From: an uncultured Christensenella sp.
GTDB lineage: Bacteria > Bacillota > Clostridia > Christensenellales > UBA3700
NCBI GenBank assembly: GCA_950079155.1
Contig: CATMWH010000003.1
Coordinates: 172,247-236,246 of the forward strand
Direction: 5' to 3'
Length of the DNA stretch: 64,000 bases
The number at the start of each line of letters is the position of its first letter. Within the stretch, counting starts at the first letter, position 1. Of the stretch, positions 51,201-60,493 are shown one piece after another. The position numbers were made by a program, and so were the translations under genes. The notes below the pieces were generated by a model that saw only the letters and a list, made by a program, of their open reading frames with translations, was not told the origin of the DNA and made no database searches.

Positions 51201-52202
51201 GAGAATTTAAAGGTTACATCAGATTTTGTAAATATAAATACTGTAGTTTCTAATTTTGCTTCCCAAAATTTCAATATTGGGAAAACTTCGGATATACCAA
51301 CGATATTTTATGATTCTTATGACGGTAATTTAAGCAAGGGGTATTGCGCATTGTATCTTGACGGAGATTGGGTAGAGAATATTGTTGTCACTGATGAGAT
51401 TAAGGAAGATTACGTTATCTCTGCCTTGACAGGATATTATGAAGACGGTGTGATTTATTCTGCATATAATTATAATAAGCAAGATAGTGAAGATCTTGAT
51501 GCAGGGATTGCGCTATGTGTCGCAAATCACGATATGGGGTATAAAATATATACGGAGGCTTACACTTCTGAGAGAGTTATTGACGGAATACAATCTGATA
51601 TAAGGCTTTACGTAAAGAATGTTGGGGACTTTGTAATAAAAAAGTTTAAAGTGAAAATATGCAATCAGGATTTTGAGATTGTTTGCAATCAAGCGTTGAG
51701 GATAGGAGAGGGAAAATATTTTACAGTATCTTTTATTCCGCATTTGAATGAGTCCTCTTATTTGACTGTCACTACAGTAATTGAGGGCAGGGATGAAGTA
51801 GAATTGGCAAAAGATGAGTGTAAAATACTTGTTAAATACACTGATTTAGACGTAGATTTCTCTAGGAATATATCAAATGGAAAACAACATTTTGAGGTAA
51901 GCATTAAGAACGTGTCAGATATAGATACTAGTTTTGATATTACGGTATATGTCAATGGAGAAATCAACCGGAAAATGTCAAGGAAATTAAATGCCTTTGA
52001 TGAATGCATGTATGACTTCACTTTTGATGAAATCGCTGAAGGGGATTATATATTTATAGAGGTTGTAGCTATGGAGAAAGAATTTAGTATCATTGACAAT
52101 TCAAAAGGTTATTATTCTCTGCGTACTGAAAAGTTGCAACCGCCTGAAGTGGAAAATCCTTATCAAAATATTTTAAAAAATATAAAGGCTTTAGTGAGTT
52201 GA
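48270..52202 (+). CDS. Large secreted protein (Ig-like N-terminus, coiled-coil insert, beta-rich C-terminus)
   Basis: RBS aaggag before ATG 48270; signal peptide; YTDSKGQ Ig-like motif; central helical segment. Confidence 0.75.
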   Translation: MKTLISLVLTFIMSLTSTSIFWTSVDFEKLNSVDSGVKETPVAYIENDDYVPYQYRNYTQDDTTTREYLDFNLNTEFETVFKTITVMTTATGDPKRGNYVASKPIADALVRVDGVPRYTDSKGQITAPLNREYVELYVEYSGYNPYIEIIEATEEQKTVYLKQPSDDIEIIDVMFNLQGYVFNIMLQPCYYLKGQMETAALLEVHSNVEYDYILFYVNGQLDRIGFDDILFTEDDLNDYDVDDEFAVSISYNGIDSKLVELNLRIEVFDGSDMKAQMKSALIDNCDYNLGTEMDDPLGIGSIGAVTVGKTQILELILESIFFADPEDNWSFNVDIGVLSFSFTFDRYSGTIKFLGGLKFDLKKPIMNKLKKDAANGKNDYKNAAKNSGQQQAEEDAFDAISDYNEKLGNYNNLKEQENVAKEVMDKAKQELEAAEERKAQGQSWKKSDGYRTFRDEQGRFISTIDGLTKEYSAAQEQYNKIHNTVENLSNTLDNPVDNTPSANSQSGPSKFQTILDYLTNIDGITNQIQKLKNFFDSGSLGTPGFDWSLDFSVLASIESSYRTGELLHFSVYTELSFKPSYTWIFTVSLPPVIPVLPMFVTIQGDLHAKAETIMVDDKNGVNLTFAEALKQIEILIGFYVRVDFAAGLKGVFSGGLFGKIGLDMYFSPEIKAKFIWDVGFKAQFLMFEREFSIKPAAIIIDEKGFHVEGADNYSLLSRVKSNTVNISDNQLFDRMYQSSQPQMIKLNDGRSILFWIEDDIERDDYNRYVLKYSILNNDIWSQPQAVINDGMADYDYDVYSDGIDVYVAIQRTNRIITEYDQMDNVIETLDIFVAKFNNSDNVFGDIVQITNDDSYQSNPQFAVSSSEVVLTWRTNTQNDYFGLTGENLICSTTLLNGNWGDIKERYRNSAMLYNYSSAFDDGNFTLAVCETLDGSVLASDTVLRVTKNQSEVFVKEKVMNAKFISLPSGMSLLYSDEENLKVTSDFVNINTVVSNFASQNFNIGKTSDIPTIFYDSYDGNLSKGYCALYLDGDWVENIVVTDEIKEDYVISALTGYYEDGVIYSAYNYNKQDSEDLDAGIALCVANHDMGYKIYTEAYTSERVIDGIQSDIRLYVKNVGDFVIKKFKVKICNQDFEIVCNQALRIGEGKYFTVSFIPHLNESSYLTVTTVIEGRDEVELAKDECKILVKYTDLDVDFSRNISNGKQHFEVSIKNVSDIDTSFDITVYVNGEINRKMSRKLNAFDECMYDFTFDEIAEGDYIFIEVVAMEKEFSIIDNSKGYYSLRTEKLQPPEVENPYQNILKNIKALVS

Positions 52203-52203
52203 T

Positions 52204-52797
52204 ATGAAAAATGATAACAAAAAAGAAAAGAATGCACGGCATTATGATATCGGATCAATATTAGTGACATTGTTACTATACGCCATATTCGGTACTGTGT
52301 ACGGAGTATTGTTATGGGGGTGGATAAAAACATGCGACCAAGTGCACGGCGAATATAAAGCTATTGAAAGTGGAGTAATAGTAGATGCGGAATTAAATGA
52401 TATTTACTCAACTGTTGATAGAAGCAGTAATGGTATGAAAGTGCGATATGACGTAATATATGAATATATAGATGGAGATATAAGATATCATGGTATAGCG
52501 GTTTATGAAGTAAACGAATATTATGAGGCAGAAAAATATTTGGGTAAAAAAATAAAAATATATATTGACGGTAAGGGGCATAGTCTTCCTGTAGGCAGCA
52601 AGCCTAAATTGTTAACTGTAACAATAGCAACAGTATTTGTAGTGGTATTGTTTTATCCAATGCTTTTTTGGCCTTTGCTATTAAAGCAAATAAGCAAGCG
52701 CCAAAAAAAAAGGCAGGCAAAGAGAGAGCAAGGTAATTGTCAGGGGAGTATGTTTTTCCCTTATATTAAACCGAATGATAACGACAACAAAAAGTAA
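52204..52797 (+). CDS. Two-TM membrane protein (DUF3592-like)
   Basis: TM - beta domain (YDVIYEYIDG...GKKIKIY) - TM. Confidence 0.6.
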   Translation: MKNDNKKEKNARHYDIGSILVTLLLYAIFGTVYGVLLWGWIKTCDQVHGEYKAIESGVIVDAELNDIYSTVDRSSNGMKVRYDVIYEYIDGDIRYHGIAVYEVNEYYEAEKYLGKKIKIYIDGKGHSLPVGSKPKLLTVTIATVFVVVLFYPMLFWPLLLKQISKRQKKRQAKREQGNCQGSMFFPYIKPNDNDNKK

Positions 52798-52851
52798 TAG
52801 AGAATTATCGCAGAAGATGAAGTAATGTGAGATAAGAGAAAATAGAAAGAA

Positions 52852-53640
52852 ATGAGTAATGGTATACAAATAAGAAAAAAGCAAATAGTCATAATAATTA
52901 CAGCGCTTGTCGTTTTATTGGCAACGGGCTTGACTTGCGCAATTGTCTTTTGGCCAAGAGAGAAAAAGTTGACTACGCAAGAGTGGCTAGATGCTTTTAG
53001 TGAAAGTCTCGATTATGCGACAATGACAAAGGATGAGGACGGCAACGCCTTGGAAACATATATAGCGCGGGAGATTGAAATCAAAGAAATAGAAGACGTG
53101 GTGGTAAAGTTCAAGCAGACTTTGCAAATTGCCATTGCAGAAGACGGACAAGCTGCGGCATATTTGGCGATTGAAGAAAATTATCCCACGTTGGAAGAGT
53201 CAAAAGACGATCTTATGGATGAGTATTATTTGTGTCAAGGCAAGATGTATACTCGCAGAGAAAAAGGTGGGAAAGTGCAGTCGTCAAGTTTTGATTCCAA
53301 TTTGGATATTCTTTTGACGGTTGCGTCGGAAAATTTGGGCAACGCTCAATATAATTTTGAGGAAGATAACTTTTTGCCCGTTGAGAATGGAAAAGGAATC
53401 ATAGCACACGATGGCAATACTCATCAAATAAATGCAATGATAAGCCAAGACAAGTATAATAAGTTTTTTGGCAAAGACGCAAATATTGACGGAATGAGCG
53501 AAGTCAAAATACAAATGCAGATGACAGATAGACGTTTTGATTGGTTGCAAATTCAATACAAACAAGGCGACTTAAGTTCTATGATAAAAATTACAAGATA
53601 CGATATTCAACCCGTGGCAACGCCGGAATGGGCGAGATAG
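52852..53640 (+). CDS. Membrane-anchored hypothetical protein
   Basis: N-terminal TM, acidic beta-rich ectodomain ending PEWAR. Confidence 0.65.
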   Translation: MSNGIQIRKKQIVIIITALVVLLATGLTCAIVFWPREKKLTTQEWLDAFSESLDYATMTKDEDGNALETYIAREIEIKEIEDVVVKFKQTLQIAIAEDGQAAAYLAIEENYPTLEESKDDLMDEYYLCQGKMYTRREKGGKVQSSSFDSNLDILLTVASENLGNAQYNFEEDNFLPVENGKGIIAHDGNTHQINAMISQDKYNKFFGKDANIDGMSEVKIQMQMTDRRFDWLQIQYKQGDLSSMIKITRYDIQPVATPEWAR

Positions 53641-53651
53641 AGAGGTAACTT

Positions 53652-56600
53652 ATGATAAAGGCAAAAAACAAAAGTTTAGTTCAATACATAATAATCCTAG
53701 CTGTAATTTTGGTTATGGCAACAATTTGCGCGACTTTTTTAAGTACATCGACTGCGTCCGCTAAGTCGGATTTCAGTCAAGGGACAGGTACGGAAGAAAA
53801 TCCGTTTGTCGTGACAACGGTAAAGGAATTTAATGCTATTGCCACAAGACTTGACGCATATTTTGTTCAGGGCGCAAACATTGATTTTACAGGCGAAGAG
53901 TTTTATCCGATTGGAGACCTTACGCATCCATTCACAGGTCACTATGATGGCAATCAATATTTATTGACAGGTATCAATGCGTATTGTCCCAACAAAGACA
54001 ACGTGGGTGTTTTTTCCTTCATATATAAAGGCGGAGTAGTCAAGAACGTAAGAGTGGAAAATTCAACGTTTATAGGCAATCAGAACGTCGGCGCAATTGC
54101 AGGAATGAACGCAGGTAGAATCGAAGGCGCCGTTGCTAATTCTGATGTCACTTCCAACACTAATGCCGCAGGCGGAGTAGTAGGCGCAAATTCGGGTTAT
54201 ATCAGTTGTTCTGTCAACTCAGGCAACGTCAAGGCCTTAGGTATGTATGCCGGGGGTATAAGCGGAGTCAATACAGGTAATATTTCTGACATATATAATA
54301 AAGGAAGTGTCAGCGCGCAGACTTATGTTGGAGGAATCGCCGGTTTGAACAACGGAAAGAGTAGCAAAGCGGTGATTGAGCGCGCTTTTCAAGTAGGCGA
54401 AGTCAGCGGTAACGTCAGGGGCAATGTCTCGGGCGATAATATGAATGCGTCAATCAAGCAATGTCGCTATATACAGGGCTCGGATATTAAGGCAATTTCT
54501 GCGTTTAATTCAGGCGGTAACATAATGGCTTGTATCGCAAGGCCCGCATATGAATTCAAAACAAAGTCTGCTTTTTCAGATTGGATAGGCTTTGAAAATA
54601 ATTTTATGTTCGTTGCCGACGTCAATCATCCCATACTCAGAGCGGAGTACGTCAAGGTGTCAGGCATTGAGTTTGGCGCAGGCAAATCAATTAAACTTCG
54701 TCCGGGAGACGAATTGGAGTTAGGAGCATACGTTACCCCTTCTCATGCAAGCGTACAAAAAATTAAGCTTGATATTAATTCCGGCGGCGAACTCTGTTTG
54801 TTGACCGATGGCGTTATCAAAATCAAAAATGACGCGCAAGTCGGTTCATTTATCACAGTTGTCGGCGAAGCCGAGGGTGTGGTAGGTCTTACTCAAATAG
54901 AGATAGTACCTATTCGGGTAGAAAGCATAGAACTAATGTCCAATGATAATCGAGAAACTGTCGTTCCCGGAGCGCAGTTACAATTAAGTACAAAGATATA
55001 TCCCAACAATGCGTCAATTAAAGATGTGCGATATACTTCGTCTAATAGCTTGGCTGATATAGACGCCGACGGAGTTTTGAGAGTATCTCAAGATGCGCCC
55101 GTGGGATTGATTTTCACAGTCACGGCTTCGTCTTATGACAATATCAGTATAAGCGATGTAATGACCTTTACCGTTATTGAAGCGCAAGTCAAGTCGGTAG
55201 ACGTTACCAATACCGTTACTGACTTTAAAGTAACAGGTAGTCTAAATCTTATGGGATTGGCAGTCACCGAGAGCTTAACTACCGATGAAGTAGAATTTGA
55301 AATAATACCTGAAAAAACTACAGCCGAAGGCGCAAGAATAGTAGGCGGTAAGTTGTATGCAGATTTACCGGGGGAGATAAGTGTCTTTGCGCGCTATGCG
55401 GGAGCAAACAGCGAACCGGTCGTATTTGTTGCAAAGGAAGAGCCGGTCACTAGCATAGAATTTTTGAATAACAATTCATTCCCAATCAATCAAGCGCTCA
55501 ATATCATTGCTCTGGCTTTACCGGATTATGCGACTTTCAGAGACGTTACGCTTACGCTTGTAGGCGGAGAGAATACAGGAGCAATGCTTAATGGCAATAT
55601 ATTGACGGCTGAATCCACAGGTATGATAACGATACGCGCAGAAGCGAGCGGCGTGTATGCGACGATAACAGTATATGCAGAACCCGCAAGCGAAGTTGAC
55701 GTTGACGTAACAGGTATCTCGCTTGCCAAGGATTCTTATTTGTTGACGCGTACGTTGACGCTTGTTCCTGTCATCGAGCCGAGTAATGCGCAAGCAGCCG
55801 TTTATTTTGAGATTGTCAGCGACGGCGGTACCGGGGTTGAACTTGTCAACGGCAAACTTCAAAATGCAAAAAGACCCGGTTTGATTCTTTTGTGCGCATA
55901 TACTTCTAAGTTTAGAACTTACGTTACGGTAGAAGCGCAAAAAGTAGAAGTTGAAAATGTATATTTTACAAACGTCAACAGATTTAAGATAACGAAGTCT
56001 CTTGCGCTAAACGTGGCTACCAATCCTGCAAATCCAACGTATCCGGAGGTCAATTATCAAATAATTTCAGCTACTGCCAACGGCGCAGATATTTCAAACG
56101 GAATTTTGACTGCGCAGAGCGTGGGTGAAATCGTATTGCGCGCCTGGGTCGACGGGGTGCCGTCAAGCGAATTCAAGGTGTATGCGGACAAAGAGCCTGT
56201 CACAGACGTGCGTTTTACTTCGTCTAGCAAGTCATTTAAGCATACGGAAAGTCTTATACTCGAAGCGATGGCATTGCCTATGCAGGCTACATATAAGAAC
56301 GTAGAATTCCATATAGATGAAAGCGGAACGACTGATGGAATTGAAGCAAACATCAATAACGGTAATGTGCTCACCGCAAAGGCGCCGGGTGTCGTTACGG
56401 TAATTATGAGTTGCGATGGACACGATTATCCCGTGATAATCTCGGTTGATAAAGAGCCTGTTATTGGCGTAAGCGAATTAGAGACTAGATTGTGGACGAA
56501 AAATACCTTGGAAACCGAGTTTAAGACAAGCGGTATTCTAGAACTTACAGCATACGTTTATCCTTTTAATGCGACTTATCAAAATATTGAGATATCTATC

Positions 56601-58640
56601 GTTAATGACGGCGGTACCAAAGCAAGATTCGTTAACACCCCTGACGAGAAAATTAATTGGGATAACAATCCTGTTACAGCCAAGCGGATACTTGCAGGTG
56701 AGAAGAACGCAATATATTTGGCTGCAAGATATGCCAATAACATAACGGTGAGAGTAAAATCGCTTGATAATACTGAAATTTACAGCGATTATAACATAGT
56801 TGTCAATGAAGAATACGTTTCTGAAATACATTTCGGAATGTTGAGTGATAGCGCTATTAATACGGCAAAGTTAGCGCAAGAAGACATCTCATCCGATATG
56901 ATAGTAGGCAATAGAAATGAAAAAGATTATTATTATTTTAATAAAATGTTTTTCATAACAAATCAATTGGATGAAAATAAAAACTTGAAAGAAACCTACT
57001 CTCTTACTTACAGTGTATTTGCATATGCAAATGATCGTGTTGTAGAGCCTACTTTTGATGATGAGTATGAATTGTATTATTACAAGAACTATGATGATTA
57101 TCAAAACAAAAATATCGAGAAACGCATAAAGGTTGGCAGTGATGAAGATAAATATTTGGTAAAACAAGGTAGTAAGTTGATTGCCAATACCAAAAAGGTT
57201 ACGTTGTGGTTGATTGCGGTATCAAAACACGGTGAAAAAAATGCGCAAGGCAATCAAGTCGAAATAGTGTCCGATCCGATGGAATTGACAATATATCCTA
57301 CAAATATAGCTGATCTTAAATCGCTTGCTATTGATGAAACTAGCGGTATTATAAAAGGTAGCAAAACTGGAACTGCGTCAATTAAAGATATGTCGGGATA
57401 TGAAGTGACAGTCAAGTCAAACAAAATCAACTTTACAAAATTCATTTCCACACAATATACAGAGTTGTGGCTCAAACTCTATAAATACAGCGTCAAGTCA
57501 TATGACGTAACGGTTGATGTTTTGTTTGATTATGGCAAAGATGATGAATATAGATTTAGGATTCCGACGGAAAATTTCCATGGTATTCAATCTATACCAA
57601 AGAATCAGGTAAGTTCAAATATACAGGGAGGCAGTCAATATAATGCGATAGTAATCTATGATTTCAACTTTAATAAATATACTTTCAATAATGAAGTTGA
57701 GTTTGACAACGGAGTTAAGTATATGTATCTATACGGCAACCAAGCGCAACAACATTTGGGAATTAACTTTGTATTCAATAATGTAAGTCCGGTTGAGATT
57801 ACGTTGCATGATATCAACTATGTAGCAAATGCAAGCAAACATGCAATACGTATAAAAGGCGATGGACATTTGACTCTCAACGTATTAGGAAATGTTACAA
57901 TACAAGGTGGCGCAAGCAGTAACGGCAAAAATGGTAGCGACGGTAAATCTTATTCAACCATTGAGCGCGCAAGCAGTGGAGCAAGAGGAAAAGATGGAAA
58001 TATGAATTGGAATCCTTTTGGAGACGTTCCGAGTGGACAAGACGGCTTTGACGGCTCTAAAGGCAATAAAGGAGGGGATGGCGAGAACGGCAAGAATGGA
58101 ACCAACGGCGGTTTTGCTATACGTTTGGCAAAAGATAATAATATTACTCTAAATATTGAATCGCCTTCAATGTTGAAACTCGTTGGTATAAATGGCGGAG
58201 ACGGCGGAGACGGCGGAGATGGCGGAAGAGGTCAGAACGGCGGTCATGGCGGTGGAGGTGGAAACGGTGACGTAAAATATGCCGTGTTTGCGGCAGTTCC
58301 TGGCAATGGCGGTAATGGCGGCAATGGCGGTCGAGGTGGAAACGGCGGTAGCGCAGGAAACGGAGGAAATGCCGGACGCGGAGGATTGTCTATCAATGCT
58401 TCTGGCGTCAAGAATAAGAGCAACGTTATATGGATAGATGGAGAAGATGGCAAAGTAGGCAAAGCAGGTACTAGAGGAAAGGGCGGCTATGGCGGTTACG
58501 GCGGCTATGGCGGCTCAAAAGGCGAAGTCCTTATATTGGGAATTACATATAACGGCAAGGACGGAAGCCCTGGCAAAGACGGAGAAGATGGCAACTACGG
58601 AAATTATGGGATAGATGGTATATTAGCTGATTATGATTAA
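53652..58640 (+). CDS. Large secreted adhesin-like protein: GLUG region, Ig-like repeats, PGRS-like Gly-rich C-terminus
   Basis: GTGTEENPF, FTGHYDGN, VGGIAG repeats; PxNATxxxVxF Ig repeats; GGxGGxGG tail. Confidence 0.85.
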   Translation: MIKAKNKSLVQYIIILAVILVMATICATFLSTSTASAKSDFSQGTGTEENPFVVTTVKEFNAIATRLDAYFVQGANIDFTGEEFYPIGDLTHPFTGHYDGNQYLLTGINAYCPNKDNVGVFSFIYKGGVVKNVRVENSTFIGNQNVGAIAGMNAGRIEGAVANSDVTSNTNAAGGVVGANSGYISCSVNSGNVKALGMYAGGISGVNTGNISDIYNKGSVSAQTYVGGIAGLNNGKSSKAVIERAFQVGEVSGNVRGNVSGDNMNASIKQCRYIQGSDIKAISAFNSGGNIMACIARPAYEFKTKSAFSDWIGFENNFMFVADVNHPILRAEYVKVSGIEFGAGKSIKLRPGDELELGAYVTPSHASVQKIKLDINSGGELCLLTDGVIKIKNDAQVGSFITVVGEAEGVVGLTQIEIVPIRVESIELMSNDNRETVVPGAQLQLSTKIYPNNASIKDVRYTSSNSLADIDADGVLRVSQDAPVGLIFTVTASSYDNISISDVMTFTVIEAQVKSVDVTNTVTDFKVTGSLNLMGLAVTESLTTDEVEFEIIPEKTTAEGARIVGGKLYADLPGEISVFARYAGANSEPVVFVAKEEPVTSIEFLNNNSFPINQALNIIALALPDYATFRDVTLTLVGGENTGAMLNGNILTAESTGMITIRAEASGVYATITVYAEPASEVDVDVTGISLAKDSYLLTRTLTLVPVIEPSNAQAAVYFEIVSDGGTGVELVNGKLQNAKRPGLILLCAYTSKFRTYVTVEAQKVEVENVYFTNVNRFKITKSLALNVATNPANPTYPEVNYQIISATANGADISNGILTAQSVGEIVLRAWVDGVPSSEFKVYADKEPVTDVRFTSSSKSFKHTESLILEAMALPMQATYKNVEFHIDESGTTDGIEANINNGNVLTAKAPGVVTVIMSCDGHDYPVIISVDKEPVIGVSELETRLWTKNTLETEFKTSGILELTAYVYPFNATYQNIEISIVNDGGTKARFVNTPDEKINWDNNPVTAKRILAGEKNAIYLAARYANNITVRVKSLDNTEIYSDYNIVVNEEYVSEIHFGMLSDSAINTAKLAQEDISSDMIVGNRNEKDYYYFNKMFFITNQLDENKNLKETYSLTYSVFAYANDRVVEPTFDDEYELYYYKNYDDYQNKNIEKRIKVGSDEDKYLVKQGSKLIANTKKVTLWLIAVSKHGEKNAQGNQVEIVSDPMELTIYPTNIADLKSLAIDETSGIIKGSKTGTASIKDMSGYEVTVKSNKINFTKFISTQYTELWLKLYKYSVKSYDVTVDVLFDYGKDDEYRFRIPTENFHGIQSIPKNQVSSNIQGGSQYNAIVIYDFNFNKYTFNNEVEFDNGVKYMYLYGNQAQQHLGINFVFNNVSPVEITLHDINYVANASKHAIRIKGDGHLTLNVLGNVTIQGGASSNGKNGSDGKSYSTIERASSGARGKDGNMNWNPFGDVPSGQDGFDGSKGNKGGDGENGKNGTNGGFAIRLAKDNNITLNIESPSMLKLVGINGGDGGDGGDGGRGQNGGHGGGGGNGDVKYAVFAAVPGNGGNGGNGGRGGNGGSAGNGGNAGRGGLSINASGVKNKSNVIWIDGEDGKVGKAGTRGKGGYGGYGGYGGSKGEVLILGITYNGKDGSPGKDGEDGNYGNYGIDGILADYD

Positions 58641-58674
58641 CAAACAAATAAATTATAATAACTTGGAGGTTAAA

Positions 58675-60453
58675 ATGAAAACAACAAAAAAGATTATTGC
58701 GGTCTTACTTATGACAGTAATTATGATAGTAGCGTTTGCTGCATGCGCTAGATTAGGTTCAGACCAAAAGAAAGAGTATGAAGAACCTACAGATCTTAGA
58801 TTCAATGTCACGGCCACGACAATTGAGCTAATTGACGATTATACGGAACTTTGCGCAAACGGAGAAGTTTTGGAATATCGTCTTGAAAATGGCGATTGGC
58901 AAGACAGTCCGCTTTTTGAGGGTCTTAATCCAAATACTACATATAAGATATATATTAGAGTAAAAGGAAATGATAAGTATAAGGCAAGCAAGGAGCATGA
59001 ACAAGAAGCTACAACATTAAAGCTTTCGCAAAATGCGCCTAATGTCACTTATGAGCAAGCAGAAAAAACTATTACCATTCAAGCTGCTGAAAATCTAGAA
59101 TATTCTTTTGATGGCGGCGCGACATATAGCACAGAGAATAAGCACACTTATACGGATAATGGCGACAAAATAATCAATGTTAGATATAAAGAAACCGAAG
59201 ATAAATATTCGGGAGAAGCGCAAGTAATCAAGGTTAAAATAACAGATTTTTATGGCGGTACAGGAGAGGAAAACAATCCATATTTGATTTTAACCGAGGC
59301 GCATTTCATTGCATTAAAAGATGGGGTATCAAGTAATTCGTATATTAAACTGATGAATGATTTGGATTTCACTTCAAAGACGTTTTCTCCTGCAAAAATC
59401 GGAGGTTGCGTCTTTGATGGGAATAATCATAAGATCGAAAATATTAATTTTGAAAATGAAACTGATTTAAATGATGTTGGAGTATTTGCCAACGTTGGTA
59501 CTGTCAAAAATCTTACGCTGAATAACGTCAACGTAAATTACACTTGCATTGATAATTCTGCTAGACCGAATATCGCTATTCTTGCAGGAAGAGCTGTGAA
59601 CGTTGAAAATTGTAAAGTAAATGGAGAGATAAATATCAATAATGATAAGTCTTACGGCGATATGAAGATTGGCGGACTAGTGGGTAGTATTACGGTTAAT
59701 CGTAGCGGCAAGAATAGATTTAATATAACAAACTCTTTTGCAGATGTTAAGATAAAATATGATTCTCAAGACGGTAGCGACGCTAGAATTAACGTAGGAG
59801 GATTATTGGGATACTATATTAATGCTATTGGAGACGCAAAAGATAGTTTTGTAACAATTTCAAAATGCGGAGCAAATGTAGATATTGAATTATCAGGTTT
59901 GACCAGTACCGGTTATGCCGCAGGTCTTGTCGGTTCTAATATTATGGGTAAGATTGAAAATTGCTACGTAACCGGTCAGTTAAATACAAGCGGTCGTTCA
60001 GGCAGTATGATAATAGGTGGATTAATTTCTCAGAAAGCTGTTCGCAATTCATCGGATAACGATAGATATGGCAATGCAAGTATTGAATCGTGCTATGTCG
60101 CTATGGATATCTATGCCGATAAGACCAATCAAGATATACGTATGGGAGGTATTTCTTCATTGATGCAAGCTTTTGAGGATCGGAATGTTATGAATTGTTT
60201 CTTTGCGGGATCATTGTTAGTTTCACAAGGCAGTAAAAGCGCTTTTATGGACAGTTTTGCAACGTCCGTACTTACCAAATATAGTCAGGAAAATTGCTAT
60301 CATTCAGATAATTTAGTTGCGCCTGTCGAGACTCAAAATACAATAGCAGTATCGCAAGAGACAATGAAAACAGTAGTTTGGCAACGTGATACGCTAAACT
60401 TTAGCGCAGATGTTTGGAATTTTGTTGATGGACAATTTCCAACGTTGAAATAA
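58675..60453 (+). CDS. Lipoprotein with FN3-like and GLUG-motif domains
   Basis: RBS ggaggt; FAA-C lipobox; FEGLNPNTTY; GGTGEENNPY; IGGLVG repeats. Confidence 0.8.
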   Translation: MKTTKKIIAVLLMTVIMIVAFAACARLGSDQKKEYEEPTDLRFNVTATTIELIDDYTELCANGEVLEYRLENGDWQDSPLFEGLNPNTTYKIYIRVKGNDKYKASKEHEQEATTLKLSQNAPNVTYEQAEKTITIQAAENLEYSFDGGATYSTENKHTYTDNGDKIINVRYKETEDKYSGEAQVIKVKITDFYGGTGEENNPYLILTEAHFIALKDGVSSNSYIKLMNDLDFTSKTFSPAKIGGCVFDGNNHKIENINFENETDLNDVGVFANVGTVKNLTLNNVNVNYTCIDNSARPNIAILAGRAVNVENCKVNGEININNDKSYGDMKIGGLVGSITVNRSGKNRFNITNSFADVKIKYDSQDGSDARINVGGLLGYYINAIGDAKDSFVTISKCGANVDIELSGLTSTGYAAGLVGSNIMGKIENCYVTGQLNTSGRSGSMIIGGLISQKAVRNSSDNDRYGNASIESCYVAMDIYADKTNQDIRMGGISSLMQAFEDRNVMNCFFAGSLLVSQGSKSAFMDSFATSVLTKYSQENCYHSDNLVAPVETQNTIAVSQETMKTVVWQRDTLNFSADVWNFVDGQFPTLK

Positions 60454-60493
60454 TCTATTTGAAAATAAAAAGAAAAATACTTAAGGAAAAAAG

